DNA from: an uncultured Acidimicrobiaceae bacterium
Lineage (GTDB): Bacteria > Actinomycetota > Acidimicrobiia > Acidimicrobiales > Palsa-688
Assembly (NCBI GenBank): GCA_964497005.1
Contig: CAZCCS010000003.1
Span: 1 to 31,423, forward strand
Direction: 5' to 3'
Length of the DNA: 31,423 nt
Shown here: positions 24,445 through 31,423 of the stretch, piece after piece
Numbering within the stretch: position 1 is the first letter of the stretch
How the letters are laid out: every line of letters begins with the position of its first letter
Notes under the pieces: model-generated
The model's database searches: none
Told to the model about the DNA's origin: nothing
Seen by the model: the letters and a program-made list of their open reading frames with translations, nothing else
Program-made: the position numbers and the translations under genes

Positions 24445-25305
24445 TCAGGCGGTTACGCGAGCGGACGCGCCGGCGCTCACGTCTATCACGGCGCCGGTTA
24501 TGTGGGCCGCCCCGGCGCCGGCGAGGAACAGCACCGCGGCGGAAATCTCCCCAGGGTCGAGGAGCGGCTGCGGCTGGACGTGGAGGAGGCCGAGGAAGGC
24601 TGCGGCGTCGTCCATTGTCGGGTTCTCGAGATCGGGTCGCACCTTGCGGATGAGCGCATCGTTCCGAACCATCGGGGTGTCGACGTTGCCGGGAGCGATG
24701 GCGTTGACGGTGATGCCGAAGGGCGCCAGATCCTGAGCAGTCGACTTCACCAGACCGATGACTCCCCACTTGGACGCGGTGTAGGCGCCCATGCCACCTG
24801 TAGTCCCCCGGCCCATCATCGAGGAGATGGCGATGATGCGGCCGTAACGCTGGGAGACCATCACCGGAGCGGCGGCCCGTAAGGAGTTGAACACACCGGT
24901 GAGGTTGGTGGCGATGACATCGTTCCATTGCTCGGCGGTGGCGGTCTGGATGGGCGCTCCCCCACCCACGCCGGCGTTGGCCACGAGGATGTCGAGGCGG
25001 CCAAGCTCCTCGACCGTGCGGGTTGTAGCCGCCTGCATCGCGGCGCCGTCGCGTACGTCGGCGGTGAGGGCGAGGCAGCGGCGCCCCTCTTTCTCCACGA
25101 GCCTGGCGGTCTCTTCGAGGTCCGCCGGTGAGGCGAGGGGGTAGTCGATCGTGGGAAGGTCATCGCACAGGTCGACGAGGGCCACATCTGCCCCCTCCCG
25201 GGCAAAGGCGATCGCGTGGCTTCGTCCCTGGCCTCGGGCGCCTCCGGTGACCAACGCGACCTGGCCATCGAGTCCTCCCACGCCCGCGAATCTAAGGGCG
25301 GTCAC
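24445..25305 (-). CDS. SDR oxidoreductase, mycofactocin-coupled (carveol dehydrogenase-like) subfamily
   Basis: TGGARGQGRSHA, followed by the D(L)C...YPLAS..DLEETARLVE insertion typical of this subfamily, then NAG, YTASK and PGNVDTPM. Confidence 0.88.
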   Translation of the reverse strand: MTALRFAGVGGLDGQVALVTGGARGQGRSHAIAFAREGADVALVDLCDDLPTIDYPLASPADLEETARLVEKEGRRCLALTADVRDGAAMQAATTRTVEELGRLDILVANAGVGGGAPIQTATAEQWNDVIATNLTGVFNSLRAAAPVMVSQRYGRIIAISSMMGRGTTGGMGAYTASKWGVIGLVKSTAQDLAPFGITVNAIAPGNVDTPMVRNDALIRKVRPDLENPTMDDAAAFLGLLHVQPQPLLDPGEISAAVLFLAGAGAAHITGAVIDVSAGASARVTA

Positions 25306-25340
25306 CAGCGGCCGGCGTCAGGGGTATGCCACTGACCGGA

Positions 25341-25435
25341 ACCAGCTACCGCCGGCGGCACCAGCTAGCGCCGGCGGGCACCAACTCGCGCCGGCGGGCT
25401 CCGCTACCGCCGCGGCACCAACTACCGCCGGCGGC
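25341..25435. repeat. Degenerate tandem repeat, 5 x 17-20 bp (consensus ACCA(G/A)CTACCGCCGGCGGC)
   Basis: Units start at 25341, 25360, 25380, 25400 and 25417; the last overlaps the stop codon of the 25422-25775 gene. Confidence 0.85.
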
Positions 25436-25775
25436 TCATGGACGGAAGGTCCCGCCAGTCGCTTTCCTGGAGCTCCACCCCGAACTTCCGGGCCGCCGCC
25501 TGGATCCGCTTCCACGCAGCGTCGCGCTGAGCATCGGTCACATCTTCGACCTGATTGAACCGCGCGACCGCGTTGCGGACGTGGGCGGCGTCGGTCAATG
25601 GCTCCTTGCGGAGATGGGGGAAGGCGAAATCCGAATCGGCCAGTTGGTTCTCGTCGTGAGTGCTCAGACCGGGTGCCTGCTTGGGGATCCTCTTACCCCT
25701 GGCCCTGGCGCTCTGAGCCTCGCGGGCCTTCTCGAGGTTCCTGCGAGCAGCCTGCTTTTGCCGTTCTGTTGCCAT
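25422..25775 (-). CDS. Small basic protein: MATERQKQAARRNLEKA-type N-terminus fused to a DUF6582-like domain
   Basis: 117 aa; the C-terminal L.DSDFAFP..RKEPLTDAAHVRNAVARF.QV......RDAAW.RI..AA.KFGV resembles DUF6582. Confidence 0.8.
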   Translation of the reverse strand: MATERQKQAARRNLEKAREAQSARARGKRIPKQAPGLSTHDENQLADSDFAFPHLRKEPLTDAAHVRNAVARFNQVEDVTDAQRDAAWKRIQAAARKFGVELQESDWRDLPSMSRRR

Positions 25776-25785
25776 ACGCGCGCGC

Positions 25786-25810
25786 TACCCCAGGCGGCTC
25801 GCCGCAAAAC
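25786..25810 (-). promoter_or_regulatory. Putative SigB/SigF-type stress promoter
   Basis: Minus strand GTTT (25810-25807), 16 nt, GGGTA (25790-25786), 10 nt, ATG (25775). Confidence 0.55.
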
Positions 25811-25871
25811 GGAGGGGGCGGGAACCGCGCGCTGGCGTCGGTTACGGTCCTTTCTCGCCGACTGTCACCGC

Positions 25872-25918
25872 TTTTATTGCAATTTGGTATCATATATGTA
25901 TACAAATCGCGAAAAAAT
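25872..25918. promoter_or_regulatory. AT-rich promoter/operator island with overlapping palindromes
   Basis: ATTGCAAT (25876-25883), CATATATG (25891-25898), TGTATACA (25897-25904); TATGAT on the minus strand (25894-25889) and TATCAT on the plus strand (25888-25893). Confidence 0.6.
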
Positions 25919-25948
25919 CCCGGGGGCGTCCGGACGCTCGACCTACCT

Positions 25949-26010
25949 CGCCGGCGCGGATCGGCGTACCGCCGGCGCGGATCGCCGGCGATCGATCGCC
26001 GTCGCCGGCG
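25949..26010 (-). terminator. Repeat/hairpin cluster downstream of the SCO6745-family gene; possible terminator
   Basis: Perfect 9-bp stem CGCCGGCGA (25983-25991)/TCGCCGGCG (26002-26010), 8 nt past the stop. CGCCGGCGCGGATCG is repeated at 25949 and 25970. Confidence 0.5.
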
Positions 26011-26018
26011 CCACCCGG

Positions 26019-26915
26019 TCAGGTGTCGTCGGCGAAGCGGGCGGGATCTACAGTCAAAAGGCCCGAGTTGACCACCGCCACGCTGACCGGGCGCCCGAGC
26101 TCACGCAGCCGGGCGCAGCCGTCCGCCCCAATCGCCGCGTAGGCCGGGGTGCTCAGGCGATCGGTTTCGTCCTCTACCCGCTGGCGCAGCGCCCGACCCG
26201 CCTCGGTGAACCCAACGCCCGACCCGTCCGCCGCTGCTTCGACCAGACCGCGGGATCGGAGTCGCTCCACGCCGGCGTCCCACGCCTCTTCGGGCCACGC
26301 ACGGCTCAGGCGCAAGAACCTCACGTCCACCTCGCCGGCCGCGGCGTGGCTGACCAACGCCTCGACCGGATCGAGCTCGGCCTGAACCAGCGCCGCGATG
26401 TGGCCGTCTCCGCGGTACTCCCGCAGCAAAGTCTGAGCGTGCCAAAGGACAAGGTGAGGTTCCTCCGGCCACGGGAGGGAGGCGTGCGCGGCGAAGAGCG
26501 GCCTGCCCTGGATCATGGTGGATGCGGCCTCGGCAGCCCGGCGGGCGAGGCCGGCGGCCTCGCGCAACTCGGCGGAATCCACCAGCTCCTGTCCGAGCCC
26601 GCGCCGCAGCGCTGCGTCCGCCGCGTCGACCCTGGCCGCCAGGATTTCGGAGGGTGCAGCAAGATCCCACGCGGCCGGTATCGCCCGGCGGACGAGTTCG
26701 GGACTGAAGTTGTAGAAGGTGGATATCACGAGCTCGGCAGGCACTGCGCCCATCGCTGCGGCCCTCGACGCGAAGTAGCCGATCCGGTTGCCCTTCAAGC
26801 CAATTCTCTCGTAGCGCTCCGGCGCCACTGGGACGAAGTAGATCATTCCGTGTATGGGTTCAAGCGTTCGCCAGGTCTTCCGGGCGAGCGCGGGGTCCAC
26901 TTCGATGGCGTCCAT
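26019..26915 (-). CDS. SCO6745-family protein (function unknown)
   Basis: ARKTWRTLEPIHGMIYF, GYFASRAAAMG, FYNFSP, RPLFAAH, LWHA.TLLREYRGDGH, R..VE.ETDRL. ATG at 26915 preferred (TAACGT 7 nt upstream). Confidence 0.85.
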   Translation of the reverse strand: MDAIEVDPALARKTWRTLEPIHGMIYFVPVAPERYERIGLKGNRIGYFASRAAAMGAVPAELVISTFYNFSPELVRRAIPAAWDLAAPSEILAARVDAADAALRRGLGQELVDSAELREAAGLARRAAEAASTMIQGRPLFAAHASLPWPEEPHLVLWHAQTLLREYRGDGHIAALVQAELDPVEALVSHAAAGEVDVRFLRLSRAWPEEAWDAGVERLRSRGLVEAAADGSGVGFTEAGRALRQRVEDETDRLSTPAYAAIGADGCARLRELGRPVSVAVVNSGLLTVDPARFADDT

Positions 26916-27004
26916 TTCCAGGACGTTAGCCACCGCAAAAGCCTCTGGCCGGGTGACACACCCGTGACACAACGACCATCCCCGCGGCCCGTAGAGTCAG
27001 CCCC

Positions 27005-27661
27005 CTGTTTCGCCGGCTCTTTTTCATCGGTTTGCTCTCCACCCTGGTGGTGATCGTCGCGCTCGCGATCGGAGTCGACATCGCCGCGCGGACTATCGCA
27101 CAGGACCGGATCGCCAGCAGGGCCAAGGCGACCACCCACGCGCAGAGCGCCTCGGCCAGCATCAGCTCGTTCCCATTCCTCTGGGACGTCCTCGTGGACG
27201 GCAACGCCCGAAGCGTCGCAGTGCACGCGAAGGGGGTTCCCCTCGGACCGCTGACCGTCGATGGAGTCGATGTCAGCGTCCGCGACGTGCAAATCGACAA
27301 AGCGGAGCTCTTCAACCACCGCAAGGTGCGCGTGACAGCGATCTCTTCCGCGACCGCGGCCGTGACCATCTCCGCGTCGGACCTCACCGCTGCGACCAAT
27401 GTCCCTGTCAGCATCTCGGGCAATACGATCACCGCCAGCGTCGCCGGCGTGCAGATACCGGTCACCGTTAGCGTGACCAACAGCCACGTGCTCGCTTTCA
27501 ACGTGGTGGGCCGCAGAGTTGTGTCTTTCGACCTGGCAAGAACCCCGCTTTTGCCGGCATGCCCTATGCAGCTGACGACCGAGCAGTCCGTTCTGCATCT
27601 CTCCTGCACGATCGCCCCCGTGCCCGCATCGCTGATCGCGGCCCTCTCCTCAACGGGCTGA
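27005..27661 (+). CDS. LmeA/DUF2993-family membrane-anchored protein; start uncertain (CTG 27005 or TTG 27032)
   Basis: TM anchor ...GVDIAAR..AQDRIA, ASISSFPFL.DVL.DG, then a beta-rich LmeA-like fold. Confidence 0.78.
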   Translation: MFRRLFFIGLLSTLVVIVALAIGVDIAARTIAQDRIASRAKATTHAQSASASISSFPFLWDVLVDGNARSVAVHAKGVPLGPLTVDGVDVSVRDVQIDKAELFNHRKVRVTAISSATAAVTISASDLTAATNVPVSISGNTITASVAGVQIPVTVSVTNSHVLAFNVVGRRVVSFDLARTPLLPACPMQLTTEQSVLHLSCTIAPVPASLIAALSSTG

Positions 27662-27712
27662 AAAATCCGGCCCACGGTGTTCCCTCGAACCGGCGGTAGC
27701 GTTCAGCGGCAT

Positions 27713-30055
27713 ATGGACGCCGTCGACCTACTCGAGCTGCCCCGCGACGAGCTCCTCGCCCGGGCCCGCGCCGTACGCGACTCATCTCACGGGACGAGGG
27801 TCACGTTCTCGCCGAAGGTATTCATTCCCTTGACGATGCTGTGCCGCGATCGTTGCGGGTACTGCACTTTCGCCAAGGCGCCGGCGCGCATCGAATCCCC
27901 GTATATGACTACGGAACAGGTGCTTGCGGTCGCCAGGCGCGGGGCCGAAGCCGGCTGCCACGAGGCTTTGTTCACACTCGGCGAGCGACCCGAGGACCGG
28001 TATCCGGTCGCCCGCGGGTGGCTCGAGGACAACGGTTACGGCTCGACCATCGACTACCTCGTCGCCATGTGCCGCCTCGTGCTCGACGAAACAGGGCTGC
28101 TGCCCCACGCCAACGCCGGCGCCCTTTTTCCAGAGGAGCTCGCTGCTCTACGCACAGTGACCGCCAGCCAGGGGATGATGGTCGAGTCGCTGCGTCCCGA
28201 CCTCGACGCCCACCGGGGGTCGCCCGACAAAGAGCCCGAGCGCCGGCTCGCCACCCTCGACGCGGCGGGGGTCCTGCGGATCCCGTTCACGACCGGAATC
28301 CTCGTCGGTATCGGGGAGAACCGCCGCGACCGGGTGGCGGCACTCGAGGCGATCGCAGCCAGCCACGCCCGGCACGGCCACGTGCAGGAGGTAATCGTCC
28401 AGAACTTCCTGCCCAAGCCCGGCACCTCGATGCACCGGGAGCCGGCTTGCCCCCAGGACGATTTCCTCGAGGCGATCGCGCTGGCCCGCCTGATCCTGCC
28501 GCCCGAAGTTCATGTTCAAGCGCCGCCGAACCTTTCGGATGACTTCGGCGTCCTGCTCGACGCCGGCATCGACGACTGGGGCGGCGTCTCACCGGTCACC
28601 GCGGATCATGTGAACCCCGAACGGCCGTGGCCGGCCTTGGATCTGTTGCGCGAAGCCACCGAGTCACGCGGCTTGGTGCTGGCTCCCCGGCTCACGGTCT
28701 ACCCGGAGTTCGCGCTGGACCCCTCAGTGTGGCTGGACGAGGCGATGCGGTTCGCTGTGCTCGACCGCAGCGACGCCGAAGGCTTGGGGCGCGACGACCC
28801 GGGGGCGGTTTTTCCGCAGAAGGTCGGCGAGTACAAGAACGTGGGCGACGGCGCCGAGGTCGTGCTCGTTGGCAGGCGCTCGACGCAGTGGTACTCGGGC
28901 GCGGAGGTGCAGCCGCCGACGCTGCTTCCCGGCGTCGCGCACGCGGGCGGGGCGATAGGCGAGGTTCTCACCGGCGTCGCGGCCGGCCAGGAGCCGGGCA
29001 TCGACGAGCTGGTGACCCTCTTCTCGGCCAGAGGTTCCGAGGTCGCTGCGGTCGCGGAGCTCGCCGACGACCTGCGCCGCGAGGCGGTCGGCGACGTGGT
29101 CACGTGGGTGCGCAACCGCAACATCAATTACACGAACGTGTGCACCTTCAAGTGCCGGTTCTGCGGGTTCTCCAAGGGTCCCCTGTCGCTCAACCTCAGA
29201 GGAACGCCGTACTTGCTGACCCTCGACGACATCGCCCGCAGGACCGCGGAAGCCTGGGACTTGGGGGCGACCGAGGTGTGTCTGCAAGGAGGCATCCATC
29301 CCGACTTCGACGGGGACTACTACATCGAGGTGGCCAGGGCGGTAAAGGAAGCAGCTCCGTCGATCCACGTTCACGGCTTCACCGCGCTCGAGGTGACCGA
29401 GGGAGCGCGCCGGTTGGGCGAGCCGCTCGATCGTTACTTGCAACGACTGATGGACGCCGGCCTACGAACGCTTCCCGGCACCGCGGCAGAGATCCTCGAT
29501 GACGAGGTAAGGGCGCTGCTCTGTCCCGACAAGATCACCACCGACGAGTGGCTCTACGCGCACCGCACGGCGCACTCGGTGGGGCTGCGGTCGAACATCA
29601 CCATCATGTTCGGCTCGATCGAGAACCCGGTTCACTGGGCTCGCCACATCGTGCGCACCCGCGATCTTCAGAAGGAGACCGGAGGGTTCACCGAATTCGT
29701 CGGCCTTCCGTTCGTGCACATGGCCGCGCCGATCTACCTTCAGCGCAAGGCGCGGCGAGGCCCGACGTGGCGGGAGGTGGTCCTCATGCACGCGATCGCG
29801 AGGATCGCCTACCGAGGCCTGATCGACAACATCCAGGCCTCCTGGGTGAAGCTCGGTGCCGACGGCGCCCGTCAGCTGCTGATGGCGGGTGTCAACGACC
29901 TCGGCGGGACGTTGATGAACGAGAACATCTCACGGGCCGCCGGCGCGAGCCACGGGCAGGGGATGGACGAGGAAGGTTTTCGCGAGATCGTCGAGCCGCT
30001 CGGGCGCACCCTCGAGCAGCGCACGACCGTTTACGGACGGGTCGCCCCCGCCTAG
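27713..30055 (+). CDS. fbiC: Bifunctional FO synthase (fused CofG-CofH) for F420 biosynthesis
   Basis: Two radical-SAM motifs, CRDRCGYC (after FSPKVFIPLT) and CTFKCRFC (after RNINYTNV); PGTAAEILDDEVR, NIQASWVK, NDLGGTLMNE.ISRAAGA.HG. ATG at 27713 preferred over GTG 27677. Confidence 0.97.
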   Translation: MDAVDLLELPRDELLARARAVRDSSHGTRVTFSPKVFIPLTMLCRDRCGYCTFAKAPARIESPYMTTEQVLAVARRGAEAGCHEALFTLGERPEDRYPVARGWLEDNGYGSTIDYLVAMCRLVLDETGLLPHANAGALFPEELAALRTVTASQGMMVESLRPDLDAHRGSPDKEPERRLATLDAAGVLRIPFTTGILVGIGENRRDRVAALEAIAASHARHGHVQEVIVQNFLPKPGTSMHREPACPQDDFLEAIALARLILPPEVHVQAPPNLSDDFGVLLDAGIDDWGGVSPVTADHVNPERPWPALDLLREATESRGLVLAPRLTVYPEFALDPSVWLDEAMRFAVLDRSDAEGLGRDDPGAVFPQKVGEYKNVGDGAEVVLVGRRSTQWYSGAEVQPPTLLPGVAHAGGAIGEVLTGVAAGQEPGIDELVTLFSARGSEVAAVAELADDLRREAVGDVVTWVRNRNINYTNVCTFKCRFCGFSKGPLSLNLRGTPYLLTLDDIARRTAEAWDLGATEVCLQGGIHPDFDGDYYIEVARAVKEAAPSIHVHGFTALEVTEGARRLGEPLDRYLQRLMDAGLRTLPGTAAEILDDEVRALLCPDKITTDEWLYAHRTAHSVGLRSNITIMFGSIENPVHWARHIVRTRDLQKETGGFTEFVGLPFVHMAAPIYLQRKARRGPTWREVVLMHAIARIAYRGLIDNIQASWVKLGADGARQLLMAGVNDLGGTLMNENISRAAGASHGQGMDEEGFREIVEPLGRTLEQRTTVYGRVAPA

Positions 30056-30891
30056 CTCTCACCTCGGTAGGTCCCGGGACGGACTCGGCCGAAGATCATC
30101 TCCTGGTTCAAGATCGCGAGCAGCCTGCCCTGCCTGTCGTGCGCGGTGCCGGCGTACAGACCCCGGCCTCCCGAAGCTTTGAGAGGCCACATCCAGAGCA
30201 GAATCCAGTCGTCGGCGCGGCCGGGGTGGTGGAACCAGATGGCGTGATCGAGGCTTGGCCCTCCCCGCGGAAACCCGGCCAGCTCTCCGTCGGCGAAGCC
30301 CGAACCTACATCGGACAGGTAGGTCAGAGCGCACGCGTGCACAACCGGATCGTCGGGCAGCTGAACGCTCGACTTGGCCCACAAGCGGCCCGGCAACGGG
30401 TATTCGTCGGGCTCGAACGGCCGCAGCGGGGGGTAAGGCCGCACGTCGAACGCGGGCGCGAACATCGACAGCAGCCGACGCTCGGGCGGAAGCTCGCTGG
30501 GATCGGCCTGCGCCGGAAGCGGAGGTGCAAACTCTGCGCTGTCTTCAGGAGAGTGGAACGACGCCAGTGCGCTGAATATCACCTGCCCCTCCTGAACCGC
30601 GCTTACATGCCTGGCGGAAAAAGACCTCCCGTCTCTGTCGCGGTCCACCTTGAGGATTACCGGGTGCTGCCACTTGCCTGGGCGGAGGAAGTAGCCGTGC
30701 AAAGAGTGGGGCATCCGGCCTTCCGGAACCGTGAGGGAAGCCGCTCTGAGTGCCTGCGCGGCGACCTGTCCGCCAAAGAGGGCGGGCCGCGCGGGAGCGG
30801 TCTTCTCGTTGATCCCGCGGTACAGGTCGGCGTCGATCCGTTCGAGATCCAACAGCACGTTCAAGTCGTCCGCGACACGCAGTTCGGTCAT
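30052..30891 (-). CDS. tesB: Acyl-CoA thioesterase II (TesB family)
   Basis: [50 protein letters not shown]...QE. Confidence 0.92.
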   Translation of the reverse strand: MTELRVADDLNVLLDLERIDADLYRGINEKTAPARPALFGGQVAAQALRAASLTVPEGRMPHSLHGYFLRPGKWQHPVILKVDRDRDGRSFSARHVSAVQEGQVIFSALASFHSPEDSAEFAPPLPAQADPSELPPERRLLSMFAPAFDVRPYPPLRPFEPDEYPLPGRLWAKSSVQLPDDPVVHACALTYLSDVGSGFADGELAGFPRGGPSLDHAIWFHHPGRADDWILLWMWPLKASGGRGLYAGTAHDRQGRLLAILNQEMIFGRVRPGTYRGES

Positions 30892-31423
30892 TGGGCAGAA
30901 GGAAAACGAGGGGCCCTGCGCTCCTTCAACGCCGCGACCCCCTCGATCACGTCGGGGCCCATGAAGGTGAGCATCTCATACGCAGCTGATTGCTCGAAAA
31001 TGGGGGCGGCCTGCTTCACCCAGTTGTTCAGGCTCTTCTTGGTAAATCGCAGGGCGAGCTGTGATCCTTCTGCAAGTGTCAACGCCACGCCCATGGCTTT
31101 GTCCATGACCTGATCGCGCGGGACCGACATGCTGACCATTCCGATCCGTTCTGCTTCCGCGCCCGTCAGCATCTCGCCGGTCAGGAGGTAGTAACGAGCT
31201 TTGGCCATCCCGACCAGGAGCGGCCAGATGATCGCGGCATGGTCGCCGGCGGCGACACCCAGCTTCACGTGGCCGTCGCCCAGAACTGCATCCTCTGCAC
31301 ATATCGAGATGTCGGCGGTGAGGGCTATCACCAGGCCGGCGCCCACGGCCGCTCCGTTGATGGCCGAGACGATCGGCTTGGAGCAGTTCAGAACGTTGTA
31401 GACCATGTCGGCCATCTCGGTGA
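30888..31423 (-). CDS. Enoyl-CoA hydratase/isomerase family protein, 5' end outside the window
   Basis: [46 protein letters not shown]. Frame is open to the window edge; ATGA overlap with tesB. Confidence 0.93.
   Translation of the reverse strand, partial: TEMADMVYNVLNCSKPIVSAINGAAVGAGLVIALTADISICAEDAVLGDGHVKLGVAAGDHAAIIWPLLVGMAKARYYLLTGEMLTGAEAERIGMVSMSVPRDQVMDKAMGVALTLAEGSQLALRFTKKSLNNWVKQAAPIFEQSAAYEMLTFMGPDVIEGVAALKERRAPRFPSAQ

Noticed and set aside
25693-25905. 70-aa ORF starting in the AT-rich island
   Set aside because: Starts upstream of the likely -10, overlaps the DUF6582-like gene out of frame, and has no protein-like features.
1-31423. Frequent CGCCGGCG and GCGATCGC palindromes (HIP1-like over-representation)
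   Set aside because: Largely explained by high GC and Ala-Gly/Ala-Ile-Ala codons; I cannot run the Markov-model test needed to show real excess.
1-31423. tRNA, rRNA, IS/integrase, toxin-antitoxin or defence genes
   Set aside because: No cloverleaf or T-loop motifs in the spacers, and no transposase, integrase or defence-type ORFs recognised.

Overview
High-GC actinobacterial chromosomal window. Gene content and style suggest Acidimicrobiia, which is an inference. About 26 protein-coding genes, almost all housekeeping or envelope/metabolic: msrA (partial), pmbA-tldD, FlK-like thioesterase, L,D-transpeptidase, a PAP2/AUR1-like gene coupled to a polyprenyl synthase followed by dxs, and SRAP. 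Next is an envelope block (phosphodiester glycosidase, two GT-C-type membrane proteins, OmpR-family two-component pair, ECF sigma/anti-sigma, DUF4389). After that come surE, a GH15 trehalase-like enzyme, an amidohydrolase, a mycofactocin-type SDR, a DUF6582-like small protein, an SCO6745-family protein, an LmeA-like protein, fbiC, tesB and an enoyl-CoA hydratase (partial). I see no rRNA, tRNA, transposase, integrase or CRISPR array. I cannot demonstrate a novel system. The best candidates are the envelope glycosylation/signalling block (9.7-18 kb) and the PAP2-prenyltransferase-dxs coupling. The non-coding DNA is richer than the gene list suggests: several intergenic repeat/hairpin clusters (two copy a gene's own stop codon), a textbook promoter overlapped by a palindromic operator, an AT-rich regulatory island, widespread leaderless-type starts and a possible CTG start. 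Many start codons were moved from the ORF track using SD, -10 and overlap evidence. All family assignments are from motif recognition, not database searches.
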